Shown piece after piece: positions 36,387 through 48,000 of a DNA stretch of 64,000 bases (position 1 is its first letter; the number at the start of each line of letters is the position of its first letter). A model generated the notes under the pieces. It was not told where the DNA came from, made no database searches, and saw nothing but the letters and a program-made list of their open reading frames with translations. This DNA is from Sphaerodactylus townsendi. Its lineage: Eukaryota. The position numbers and the translations under genes were made by a program. The stretch covers positions 124,868,001 through 124,932,000 of the forward strand of contig NC_059425.1 in assembly GCF_021028975.2 (NCBI RefSeq). Direction: 5' to 3'.

Positions 36387-39300
36387 GGACATTTTCTTCT
36401 CTAAACTGCTAGCAACCCTGATACTTAGAGTGAGCCAAAATGTCAGTAAACAAACTTAAAGAACCTATATTCTGGACTACATTTCTGATGCTTCTCACAG
36501 TTACCAGAAAGATCTATTGAGCTGAACATGACTGATTTCTGATTCAACATGCTCAGACTGTACTGTACAACTCTTGATTATTTATGTGGAACTTCTACTT
36601 TAAGTGATTGAGTACATTTACTTGGGAGTAAAAGTACATCTTAAACAGAGAAAATAGCCCCACACCTCACTTCCAATATGATGCTCAGCAAGAGATGAAA
36701 TATCTTCTCTGGCACTGTCGCTTCAGAATATCTTGTCCAGATAAATTGACTTCTGTGTCAATTAGCCAAGATAGTGTGGCAGATATCACCTGAACTGCAA
36801 TCCTGTACACATATAAACAGATACTTTGAACATGGACAACTATAAATACCTGTACATTTGCCAGTGCAATGTTAAACATCATGGCATCATTGGCACGAAT
36901 ATGAATGCAATCTCTGGATGCATTAGTGCAATTTTGAATAGAATTAGACCCTTCCAGATTCACTGACATTAATAGGCATACAAGGATGTTATCTGGTTTA
37001 GGATTGCATTGTATAACAACTAACTGATCCAAGTAATCACTAAAGCTTTAAGTGAAAATAGAATCAAGCAAAAATGTTCACACTTGGAATTCTCTAGCAC
37101 ACTGATCATTGCGTATGATTCCTCTTCCAGAAGTAGATTTCAAGAAAACAGAAATTAAAAAATGGCTCTTCTGTCCATTTTGAGTCAACAACCAACTTTT
37201 TCTATTTCTTCTTACAATCAATTACAATCAATTTCATTGCTTTCTTTTTAAAAAATCTGGTTAGTGCTTAGTAATGATGGAACTTGAGCTCCTCTCCACT
37301 TTGAAAACATTTTAAAAATAAATATTATAGATAATATTTGCTTATAGCAAAGTGATATATGGAATGATACTTTACTTACAAGATTTTACATATATAAAAT
37401 TATTTTCCCATAAGAAACTACAAATATGCAGCTGAGGATTTACAATATACAAATTTAACAAACATTTAACTAACTGATAAACCAGCAAGGTGTTAAAATT
37501 GCCAACTCTTGGTCTCTGCCTCAGTCCTAAGTATATTTACTTGGAAATAAATTGAGCTGAAACATACTAAACAAAGTTCTCTGGCATCACAGTTTAAAAT
37601 AAAAAAAACATGAAATATACTGGTCTACCACAATATGTCATCAAGTTCTAGAGGAATGGTCATATTCAGAATGATCCTAAATAAGGTTCACAGAGTTAAG
37701 TTTCATTAACTTCAATAAGACTTGCCACTAGATCCAGAATAAGCAGGGTGAACAGAAATCCTGAATTCCATTTTCTCTTAACAACCTATTCCCTAACACT
37801 GATCAATGGAAGTTACATGAAGTATATTTGCCACTTCTAATTCAGTGGTTCATTATTTGGGGATGTAGCAATGTCATCTGAACCTTCTTGAAAGAGTTCA
37901 CTCCCTCTTTAAGAATCTCCTTAACTCACAAATGGAAATTGTTAGTTATCTTTTAATAGACTATGTACCAGTCACCATTTTCTTCCCAGCCTACCTTGCT
38001 TTCAATTAATCCAAATCACTAACAAAATATTACAATATCTCTGTAAAGATGTGAAAATCTACTCAGTGCCTTCCCACAAAACATCAAAGCACAGATCAAA
38101 ATGTTTCATAAACATTCTGAAAAGTACAGAAATCAAAAACTGTATGTGGGGTTCAGTTAAATGGATGAGAACATTAATCACATGTATATTATTAATTGCA
38201 AATTGCTTTATCATTCAAAGCTCTTATATTTATATTACTTGTATTCACCTACTGAGTCCTATCACCACTTGAAACTGAGAGAAATCTCACTTGAAATGAA
38301 GCTAATTTTAAAAATAACCTTATAACCACTTGGGTCCAGTTAACAGATAGTAAATGCCCAGAGATCACTGTGTTTCTATACTATGTTTACCATTGAATTC
38401 TGGGTTCTAACGTCAATTAGCAGGCTCATCTACATACACCTATACTTCTTCACTTCTCATCAGTACTGCAGGGAGCTATGTGTGGGAATGGCCTCCAATG
38501 AAAAGGACTGTAACACCTCACTCTGTGGAAACTACATTACATGTGGCTTTAATAAAGATATACTTCAGTTCTGCTTCTGAACAATAGGTTTAACCTGCTT
38601 CAGACAATTGCTAGGTTCCCGTAGGTGATTAAAACTCTCTTTGATCTATCATGTAACACATTCCATTCCTGAGCACACTGCTTTGTTTCCACACATGGAA
38701 AAGAAAGATATGTCAAGCTAAAACTCTGCTTTCTCATTTTGCTGCAAAACTTCTAACTGCCAAAGGGGAAAAAGCTACTGCATAGACAGGCATCATGTCT
38801 CTTTCAGCAGTACAAACGGTAACACTAAAGCCAGGAAACACACCTCCAGACGAATGTGCAGCAGTTCTTTCTTGCACAAGAACATCCTTTTTTCTTAAAT
38901 TCCAAGCAAAATGTAGACATACCCAAGCACAGGGTAACTACATATAGAGTTTGGAACTGTTGCATAGAAGTATCACATGTTCCAAGTATATCAATCAGGC
39001 TAACATTTCTAATTTTGTAATGAAAAGCTAATAATACTAATATAATGATAGTAATAATATTAGCATGCGATTAGAAACAGAAAAGTTTTCAGTTTTTAAA
39101 CACACAGGAACTATATGCTCGTAAACTGAAGTGACCCAAACATAGTGTTAGGGAAGTGTAAGGAAAAACAACGGAAACTGCTAATAAATAACACAGTAGC
39201 TTTCAAGCATGCATTTCTTATGTACGATAAAGCAAACAACATTTCTGGAACAGTAAACCAACCTAATTACAGATTTTTCACTCAGTTCTGTATCGAAACA

Positions 39301-40588
39301 ACACTACTGAAGAGCTGCAATTCTAAAAAGTAGCTGCACTGAATTCCATGAAACTGATTTAGGACATCAACCAGTCACTTTCAAATCAACTAGTTATAAT
39401 AAATACATTCCATAAAAACATATATACTATCAATACAAACACACCTGGCCTAAACTAGGCTTCTGGGAACGAAACAATGAAATATGTTGTCTGTAATCTT
39501 GATATAACAGAATATATTGTCATAATTTTGGTATCACAGTCACAACTACAACACTTTGGCTATCCTCACAGGACTGAAGCCTCAACCTTCTGCATAATCC
39601 TATGGCTCACACCTGGGAGTTAAAAGTCTACATTAAAGTTAGAAGGTGCTTTAAATATGTTAATGTTCTGCTTCTTACATTCTTTACAAACTCAACTTTG
39701 CTGCACTGAGGTTACTATAATAAAAATAAAATAAATAAGGATAATTCAGAATTCAACTACTGGTTTTAGGGTCTAATAAGAGAAAAACCCAAACACACCA
39801 CAGTTAAATGCAGTTTTGACAGTTTCCCCACAAAAATAATGTACAAGTCAATATGCAATATGCAGTTTTCATCATATGCCATTCTTAAAAAAAATAACGA
39901 CCACTGGATACTTTCCCTTTTAGTCCTGTATCTTATCAGAAATAGTGTCTAATAGAATATTGCCCCCCCCCCAAAAAAACTTAACATGCACAAAATGGGA
40001 ATAAGGTTAACCATATTTTACTATGGAAATTGTTTCATTCTGAGATGTAGTGGAATAAAGGAATTAATGCTCAAACTCTTGTACTTGCGTTAAATATGAA
40101 GGTATTTTTAATAACCTACACAAACAGTGCCTAATTATACAGGGCAAATTTTGTTAAGTGTTGCAACCATTTTCAAACTAGAGAAAGTTATTTGTTGTCA
40201 TTCATGGGGCCTGGCTTTCATTTTTATAATTATAACTGAGAAGGATCTAGCATAACCTGAACAGATGAGAAACAAATAAAAAAGCACTCAATTTAATTAG
40301 CAGAAAAAGAAGTGTTTGTATTAAAAACTGGGGAGGAAGAGGGAACACCAAAGATGTTGCACAGGCAACAAGCCTATTGATAACATCTTATTTAGCATGT
40401 TTTGGGTGATTTTTTTTTTTTTGTGAATTGGAAGAGGATCTGAAAACAGTTTTTTTTAAAGTACACACACAAACAACCATTCAAAGATGCCGCCCACCAT
40501 TTTTTAAAGGACACATGAAATTCACTGGGCAAAGGTGGCATTCGCAAAAAAAAATATGAGGGGGGAGAACAAAACAAACCGTGCTTAC

Positions 40589-40788
40589 TTGGTGTACAAA
40601 CACATCAACCGGTGCTTCCAAGGGGCTTCCCTCCCGGTTGATCATGGAAATAAATCCGAATCCCATTCGCACATTGAACCATTTGCAATGGCCCGTTCCG
40701 TGCAAGACCTGGGATTCCTCCTCCTCTTCCTCTTCCTCCTCTTGTTCCGGCAATTTCCCGGGTTCATCTCCACCTTTACTCGCCCCCG
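40589..40788 (-). CDS. LIN28B: LIN28B coding exon 2 (N-terminus and first half of cold-shock domain)
   Basis: Acceptor ttgccaaaccag| and donor CACCAA|GTAAGC bound 200 nt encoding (A)GASKGGDEPGKLPEQE9SQVLHGTGHCKWFNVRMGFGFISMINREGSPLEAPVDVFVHQ. This includes RNP1-like GFGF and RNP2-like VFVH motifs. The MINREGSPL and GDEPGKLP segments are B-paralogue-like rather than LIN28A-like. Confidence 0.98.
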
Positions 40789-41795
40789 CTGGTTTGGCAA
40801 AAGGAGGGCGGAAAACAAACACACAACAAAGGCAAAGAGTTAAATTCGAGAACCATCCCCTTGGCGCTTATCCAAGAGCGATTGCTTCAGAGGGCAGCAA
40901 ACACATGCCCGCCCGGAGGAACATTAGGAAATCCTCTCTCTCTCTCTCTCTGCGGGCAGCAACACCCACCCCAACGTCATACATTACGGTGTTTAGGGTC
41001 TTAAGGGAAAGCTTCCAAGCATCAGCAGGAAGGCGGCATCTGCTAAAATTTACTCTGCTTGGATTCTCCTTTTTTGCACAATACACGCGCGCAACCCCCC
41101 CCTCCCCCCGGAGCAGGCTGACCCCCTCTGCCCCGTACAGGCTCTGCCCTTTCATGCTATCTCTCACCACCACCACCACCTCCCGCAACCTCCCCAGAAA
41201 GCTATACTTTACTTGGATACTGCTGGTTGAGCACCGATCCCATCCCTGCCCAGAGGAATTCGCAGGCGACTGAGCCTCGGCCGGCCGGGCGAGGAAGCAG
41301 GAGGAGGAGGCGGCGAGGAGGAGGAGGAGAAGGAGGGGGGCGACCTAGCCGAGCGGAGAGGCGATTGCACAACTTGGAACGGCCCATCCAGCAGCCGGAG
41401 CCGCAAGCGCCGTGTGCTGGGGGGCCGAGGCGCTCATCCTCCTCGCGCTCGTCGCCCCCGGAGCCCGCACTCCGACATCCCTTCCAAGTCGGAGGAGGAG
41501 GGGGCAGGTGTCCGAGGCTTTCGTTGCCCCCCCTCTTTCTCCCCTTTCCCTCGGCCGCTGCTTGCTCAATCGCGCACGAACAATCGGCACAAAAGCCCCC
41601 TCGGCCAGCTTTGCAAGTTGGGTGAATCGGAGTGGGCGGTGCGCGGCGCTGGGGAGAGCCCGGCTCCAAGGGGGCTGCCTGTTCCCTCCCTCCCCTCTCT
41701 GTTAAAGGGGCTCTTGAAAAGGGGGAGGGTCGACGGAGCCGAAACAAAACCGCAGGGGGGAAATGCAACCCGGGCGGGGAGGGGGAAGAATTAAC

Positions 41796-41805
41796 CTTCG
41801 GCCAT
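41796..41805 (-). CDS. LIN28B: LIN28B coding exon 1 (ATG GCC GAA G, phase-1 donor)
   Basis: The minus strand reads GGGGCAAC ATG GCC GAA G|GTTAAT: good Kozak context and a GT donor at 41795-41794. It joins exon 2 in frame to give MAEAGASKGG, matching the LIN28B N-terminus. Confidence 0.93.
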
Positions 41806-42030
41806 GTTGCCCCGCGGGCCCTCCACTCCGAAGCGGCGACGCGGACGGTCAACCCCGGCTGGCTCTCAGCAGCCTCGGGCGTCAGCCGAACATCTTGATC
41901 GGACGCGGCCCCCCCTGTGGCTCGCATGGTCCAGCGCGCCCTCCTGCCAGTCTCTCTCCTCTCCCCCCCCCCCACGCGGCTCCCGCACCACTCCGGGAGC
42001 CCCGCGGGCACGTGACGCGCTCAATTACAA
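41806..42030 (-). promoter_or_regulatory. LIN28B 5' UTR with two upstream ATGs (41927, 41893) and an E-box near the TSS
   Basis: Minus strand: AATTGAGCGCGTCACGTG...GGACCATGCGAGC...ATCAAGATGTTCGGCTGA...GAGGGCCCGCGGGGCAACATG. The blocks resemble the human LIN28B 5' UTR as I recall it. Confidence 0.75.
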
Positions 42031-45000
42031 GCCTCCTGGCGACTAATTTTGCCCCGGCTCCTGCGAGGGGGTTTGGCAAGAGGTGGGAGCGACCAATCGC
42101 CGCCGCCGACAGCGGGCGGGACGCGCCGCGATAATTTATGAATGAATCACCGGATTGCCAGGGGCGCGTGTGCGTCTCTCTCACTCTCTCGGCGCCGGGC
42201 AGGAGGGGGACGCGCTGGGGCGGCCAGGAGCGGCGGCAGGTTTCCCGCGCGGGTCTTCCGGCGCCCCTCCTCGCCGGCCCGAAGGCGGCCGGCCTTTTGC
42301 CACCGCTGACCCACCGCGCTGGCGTGAAAGGAGCTCGGCTCCTCCACTCACGCCAGCTACACACCGGGGTGGCCAGCACCGAAAGCAGGCGTCGGTTTTT
42401 TCGACACGACTTCCTTCCCGAAAGACTGAACGTGGACATCCGTAGCCTACGAGAGTGGGGGTGCGACGGGCTGCCACCCTCCGCTATTCACGGGCCGATC
42501 CTAGGCGCGGCTCCTCGGGAGAAAACCGGGGTTCGGTCCAGCTGGTTTCCGCCCACGTGCGCACAGGATTGTAACCCTTCATACAAGTGTCACCGAACAG
42601 AAGAGGTCATTGGACTGCTAAGTAAGGTGTCATGAGGAGTGAGGAACAGAAATCTGACAATTTCATCTTCAAGACCTTGGCCAGATATTAGGCACGATCC
42701 TAGTCATGTTGTATACTAGTCATGTTCCTCCCCGGGCGAAGAATGCACGAGTAGGTTACAACTTAACCGCACCTTCCAACCCCCCCCCCCCCTCACTCCA
42801 ACTAGACGAGCTTGAGGTCCGACGGACATGCTCCTGCAATTACAGCCGCTGTGCATTGTGCATACGTGTGTATCCATATTGTAGGGCCGGGAGGTGTGAG
42901 ATGAGACTCCATAATAGTAGTAATTTGTGGCGGTTGTTACTGGAGCACCTCCCGGTAGCGCAGCCGCACCTGACTGTGATTCCGGCGGCCCAACGTTTGC
43001 GTGCATCGGGAGAAGAGACCCGGGAGGGAGGGAGGGAGGGAGGGAGGGGCCAGCCGGGCCAAGGATCGCGCTCCACAGGGCCCTCCGCCATCTCGTTCCG
43101 GGGGAGAGGATATGATTAATGACTTCCTACCTAAGGGGCCAGATTGCAAGGCGAGCATGATTGCGAACATCCACCAGCAACGATTGTTCGCCAGGAGCAG
43201 GAGAGAGTTAGGTGGAAAATACGAGAAAGGGAACCGGAGACTTTGGCCGGGAGCAGGAAGCCCAGCGGGTGGCGGCGCACAGGGAGCACGCGGGGGAAAG
43301 GGCAACAAAGAGGAGAGGCGTAAAGCCAGCCCTGGAGCCTGCGGTTCAAATCGACAGCGGGGAAGGGGCAGAGATCTCGGCCCCAGTAGCCGGAGGCTTT
43401 GGGCTGTGCACAGCGGCTGAAAAGGCAGAGCAGGAATTGCCGGTCACTAAAAGAAGACCCAGGCCCCCACTCCTCTTCTTAGTCTCAAGAATGGCACCTA
43501 TATTTCACATAAAAGTGTGAGCAGCAAGAAAGGCCACAAGGTCGGATGGAGATCGTTCGTTATGAAAGAAGAGAAGGAGCCTCCTGCAACAGTCCACCGT
43601 TGTGCTGACTACATACTACGTCAGTATGAACCTCGCCTGCAGAATTTAAGCCTATTTATTGTTTTCCGTAGAGTTTACAGCGCCCCCACTTCCGCCCAAT
43701 TTCAGCCACTTGACCTGACGCTTAGTGCTCAGCCCACATCCCGGCAGTTTTGAAGGCTGGGGCTTGACAGGGACCCTCTTAATGCAAGTTCCGCTTTCCT
43801 CTTCTGCTCCCAGCCCAGTTTGCCCTGAATATGCTTTTAGGAAATCGCTGGCTGTTGGTTTTAGAACTGGCGACAGACAGTCTGAACAAACAGCCAAGGT
43901 CTCGGACCGGTTGAAGGGGCCTATTTACTCCCTTTTGAGGGGTGAGTGGGGGAGTGTCGCTTATTTTGATTGTATTACTTTCTAGGACACCAAGGTTTAA
44001 CATTCGATCCGCAGGGGCAATCACGAATAATCCTCTCCCATCCTTCCGCAAGCACATACCAACTAGTAGACCTAAATCATGAAATTCCTATGCAGTCTTC
44101 ATCTGTAAACATTTGAGGAGTCTTGCTTCCGCCCCTCCTCTGGCTCGCTTTCCTCCTTACAAATATACGGCTGCCCTAAACAGCGGGCAGTAAAAGCCTC
44201 CCTGCCATTCTATGCAAACTTAGCGGGAAGTAAGCGCCATTGGATGCACGGGAGCTTACTTATGAGTACTATGTACCAGACTGACCTGAACATTCAACTA
44301 AAACGTAACGGAAATGTAGCCTGAACCAATGCCTGTTAAATACGAAGTACTAAGGTTTTGTCTCCAAGTTAAGCCAGAAAGGATTGCAGTCTATATAAGT
44401 GTCAATTTCTACTGCAAAACATTCTTTTAAAGGAAGAAACGTGTAGGGAAGAGGCAAAGTATTACTGCTGCCAATTTAATATGATTAATATGTTGTTGTT
44501 TTTCAGATACCCATTGACATGACCATTTCACAGATCAGAGATGTAACACACAAACAGATCGGATTTCCATAGTAACGCTGGGGTTCTAGGAAGAAAAGGA
44601 CAGGTTAGCTCCCTCTGCCAAATATAATTTCTTCCATCCTTAGATTAAAGATTGCATGAAAGACATAGCTGTTTGATAAAAGAAATACCCCAACATTTTC
44701 AGTCTTTGAAATGGACTGTTGTGCATTCTTTGGTACAATAAAGATAGAAGACCCAGGGACATAAACCCTTCTTTGAGAGCCTTGATTTGGTAAGTGGCTA
44801 GTTTTCACACACACAACTTTCAAGGCAAAAGGGCGGGGGGGGGGGGGGGGGATAGGACTCTCCCTGCCCAAGACCATTGTGGGTTTTTTTAAATTTTTCC
44901 ATGAAATTTTTGTAATTCTGACTTCATTCAGTGGGGCCAACGGTGAAGTGCCGAACTAGGTACCGCAGGATTCCCCCTCTCTACTTTAAAAAGACCAGGA

Positions 45001-45199
45001 AATACATGAAAGAGACAGGCATATATTTAATGGTAATTAACAGCAACACAACTCAACAAAAGTCGCCATTGAGCAAAACTAATTGGGGACTTGCTAGCAG
45101 CCTTGACTAAAATTTGCAGGCCTCCAGTATTAGCGGAATTAAGGTTGGGGTCAGCGAAATGGGCACCGATGTCAGATGTTATCGGCTCATTCATTTCCT

Positions 45200-48000
45200 A
45201 CAAAGGACTTTCGCCTTTTAAGTTCGGCGGAAGGTAAAGAGCCCAGAACGGTTCCCTTTCTCGGCCGCGCAACAGCAAAAGCCGGGAACGATATTTAGTG
45301 CGAAGGGGGTTCGTGGAAAAGCCACGACTCAGCAAGACTCGGGCAGCCCGCCTAGGCATGAGTCGTGAAACAGCAGCCCTGCGGTTGCAGAGGCGCTCCG
45401 CCCCACCTCAGCACAGGATCGCGCTCCCAAGCCGACCCCACCCCCAGGCCGAGATCCCTTTGATCCTGCCTCCCACAATCTTTCCAAAAGTCCCGCTTCC
45501 TTGGCAGAACGCCCCTTGCTTGGGCGGTTGCGTTTGTGAGGAGGTCCCCTCCGTCCTTCGGGTGGCCTCAGCAGCACCGGGCAGCCGTGTGACCCGTCGC
45601 TCAAAAAACCCTGCGTCCCGGCGCTGGCCTCTCTCCGGTCCTTCGACGTGTGGGAAGAGGAGAGCCCCACTTTTCTTGTCTGGGAGTAAAGAAAGCCGTT
45701 CGGAAGGCTTTGGCACGCGCACTGCACCACTTAAGGGAAGGACGGCTCAGCCTGCGCAGGGAAAAGCCAAATCCCACCCCCACCCCCCGCGGCGGAGGTC
45801 AGGCGACAGGAGGGTCCTAGCGCTGGCTTAGCCTGAGAACCTAGGCTGGTCCAAAGCAGATCTCCAAGACCGGCGCTCGCCTGGCGGCGTTTCTGACTTC
45901 AGCTGTAACCCTGACCCACCTTAAAAAAAACTTTGCCCCGAGAAAAACCTAGTTTCGGCAAGGTTGGAAAGGAAACCACTCTGCACATGTTCAGTAGCTT
46001 CCTCTCTGATACTTTCACATATGCCAAGCCGTCAATTTTGCAAAAGCGAAGGAAACCTAAGCGCTTGCAGCAAGTTTCGCACGTACACAAGCTGCAGGAT
46101 GGCGGGAATATTCTGCCCTCTCGGTAGTTGCGAGCTTCTTCCCTACTTGCAGCAGCTCCTTTCGCTGCTTTCTGCCAGAAAATATCCGCGAGGCGAAGAC
46201 TAGAATAATAGCACAGCTACTTGTTACGTGCCCTAAAAGCCGTATCCTCACGATACTTTCAAGACCCTGACAGTATCTATTCAAAGCGGGGCCAGGTTAA
46301 CTTCATTTTTAGCAAACCGGTCCCTCAGTAGAGAACTGAATCAATCGTAGAAATTGCCTCGACGGAACAGGCTTGATCGCTCTTGCAAGCGAACTTTATC
46401 ACGGGAAATTCTCTTGGAAATCTTCAAGCGCTTCCCTGGGAGAAAACCTCCAGCGGCACTTCCTTCTAAGTAAGCCAACACAGTAACCAGCCCAGTTGGA
46501 GCGAAAGGGGGCGGTGCAGAGGCAGCTTCTGTTTTAGGTTTCCGTGGGACGTCGACTAAATTGAATGGAAATTGACCAAGGGTCCACCGGTGGGCTCATA
46601 GCACCCAAAGATGCCCAGAACCCGAACTTTATCCTTGAAAATTTATGTCAGGTTTATCAAGAGACGCATTATTACCGTGTGTTTCGTTTTTTAAAACACA
46701 CATCAATAATTTAGTTTCGACTAACTTTGGCGGAAAGGTTCCGAAAGTCCCTTCGCTTCCTTTCAGCTGTAAAATTAAAAGTGTAGTAAGAGGATCTTCC
46801 TCTGGCGTGAAATAAAATAGGGGCCTTTCAGGAAAAGTCCTCTTCCAGGGTAGATATCCTTTTTTTTGCTACACACGTGATCAAGAGCGGTCGTCTGGAC
46901 CGCGGACCAGGTTTACGGAGCGCAAACTCTGCGGCGCAAATTTGCGGAACTGCAGGGGCGGGTCGGAGCCCCTCGGGATCCGGACAAAAGAACGGCAGCA
47001 GGAGTTGCGACGTGGGTGGAAATCGCGACGACCGAGAAGCCCGGGCAGTGTGCACGTCTGAAAGACCTTCGTCAAATTCAATCAGCGTTCAGGAGTACAA
47101 CTCCCGTTCCCCCCTCCCCCCCACCCAAGTTCGCTGTCCTGCAAACCGCCTTTCTTTTCACTAGACCTCCGTTTTTCCAGTTCCTGATTTTGGGAAGGAC
47201 AAGTAGAAATATTTGGAGTAAAGTGATAAACGACTCCCCCGCCCCCAAAATGATCCAGCACGCGAAGAGCCTCACGGCCGGGTCCCGCTAGCTTGCTTAA
47301 CTAGGAGAACTGTGAATGCGGCGCTTGCAGAGAGAAATCCGACGCGGGGCTCGTCGCCGCCCCCCCCCCCCCGCAGGGAAGTGTCATGTTTCAAACGCTC
47401 CCAATGGCAGGTCCGAGGCCTCCCAGCCAAACGGGACAGAGGGAGCGAGGCGATCCCTTCGGAGGCCAGCTCGTCCTTGGTGACCAACTGGCGTCAGCGG
47501 CTAAAGCAAAAGCCAGGGCGTGCTGCCACTGCACGGCCGGATCCCGTTCCCCTGAACAAAGTCGGCCTTACTTCCGAGTAATCTAGACTATCGGACTGCC
47601 GCAGCAACACCTGAGACTGAACTGCCTCGGCAGGAGCAGATAAGCGGCCCCATAATGGGATGGACATTAAAAAAAACTCCGGGGCAAAGAATGCAGGGAC
47701 AAACTGTTACGCCGCGGAAAGCAAAAAGCAATACAAAACAACTGAGCCAAGAGTTCCGACGTGCGGACTCACGTGCAAGCGCGTCACGGCTGCGGTTTGG
47801 ACTCACGATCGACCCGCAGCTCGGCCGGGGAGGGGGGCTCGTTCCGTCTCTCGCGTTCGTGGGCGGAGGTGCCGAGGCAGGGAGCAGGGAACCCGGGGGC
47901 GCTAGGGCCACGCGGAAGCAGCCCCGCAGGGGAGGAATCAGTTTTTCACTGGGGGATTTACAGGCTTCTATCGACTCCAGGACACGCGATTCCAGGGTGA
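45200..48000. promoter_or_regulatory. Second upstream CpG-rich domain
   Basis: CpG retained at only moderate GC content. CACGTG at 46874-46879 and 47770-47775. No recognisable coding ORF. Confidence 0.7.

Larger units (their letters stand above)
1..42030 (-). other. LIN28B: LIN28B transcription unit (partial): intron 1 40789-41795, intron 2 6519-40588, intron 3 runs off the window; last exon with CCHC knuckles absent
   Basis: Three exons with compatible phases and GT-AG boundaries. No CYNCGGLDHHAKEC-type exon is seen in 1-6333. The TSS near 42030 is an estimate. Confidence 0.9.
40780..43600. promoter_or_regulatory. CpG island / LIN28B proximal promoter
   Basis: High GC and CpG density against an AT-rich, CpG-poor background. 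Motifs: CACGTG at 42009-42014 and 42554-42559, CCAAT at 42093-42097, GGGCGG at about 42113. Confidence 0.9.

Noticed and set aside
40789-40822. ORF-track N-terminal extension MFVFRPPFAKP (and the VSTV... tail below 40589)
   Set aside because: These are read-through into the polypyrimidine tract and past the splice donor.
42840-43091. Minus-strand ORF starting MAEG, mimicking the LIN28B N-terminus
   Set aside because: No GT donor follows the tenth base and the rest is unrelated. The true exon 1 is at 41796-41805.
40581-47911. Many long ORFs on both strands in the CpG-rich regions
   Set aside because: Low-complexity Pro/Arg/Gly/Ala products expected from stop-codon scarcity at high GC, with no domain motifs. 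Only the part that forms the spliced uORF was kept.
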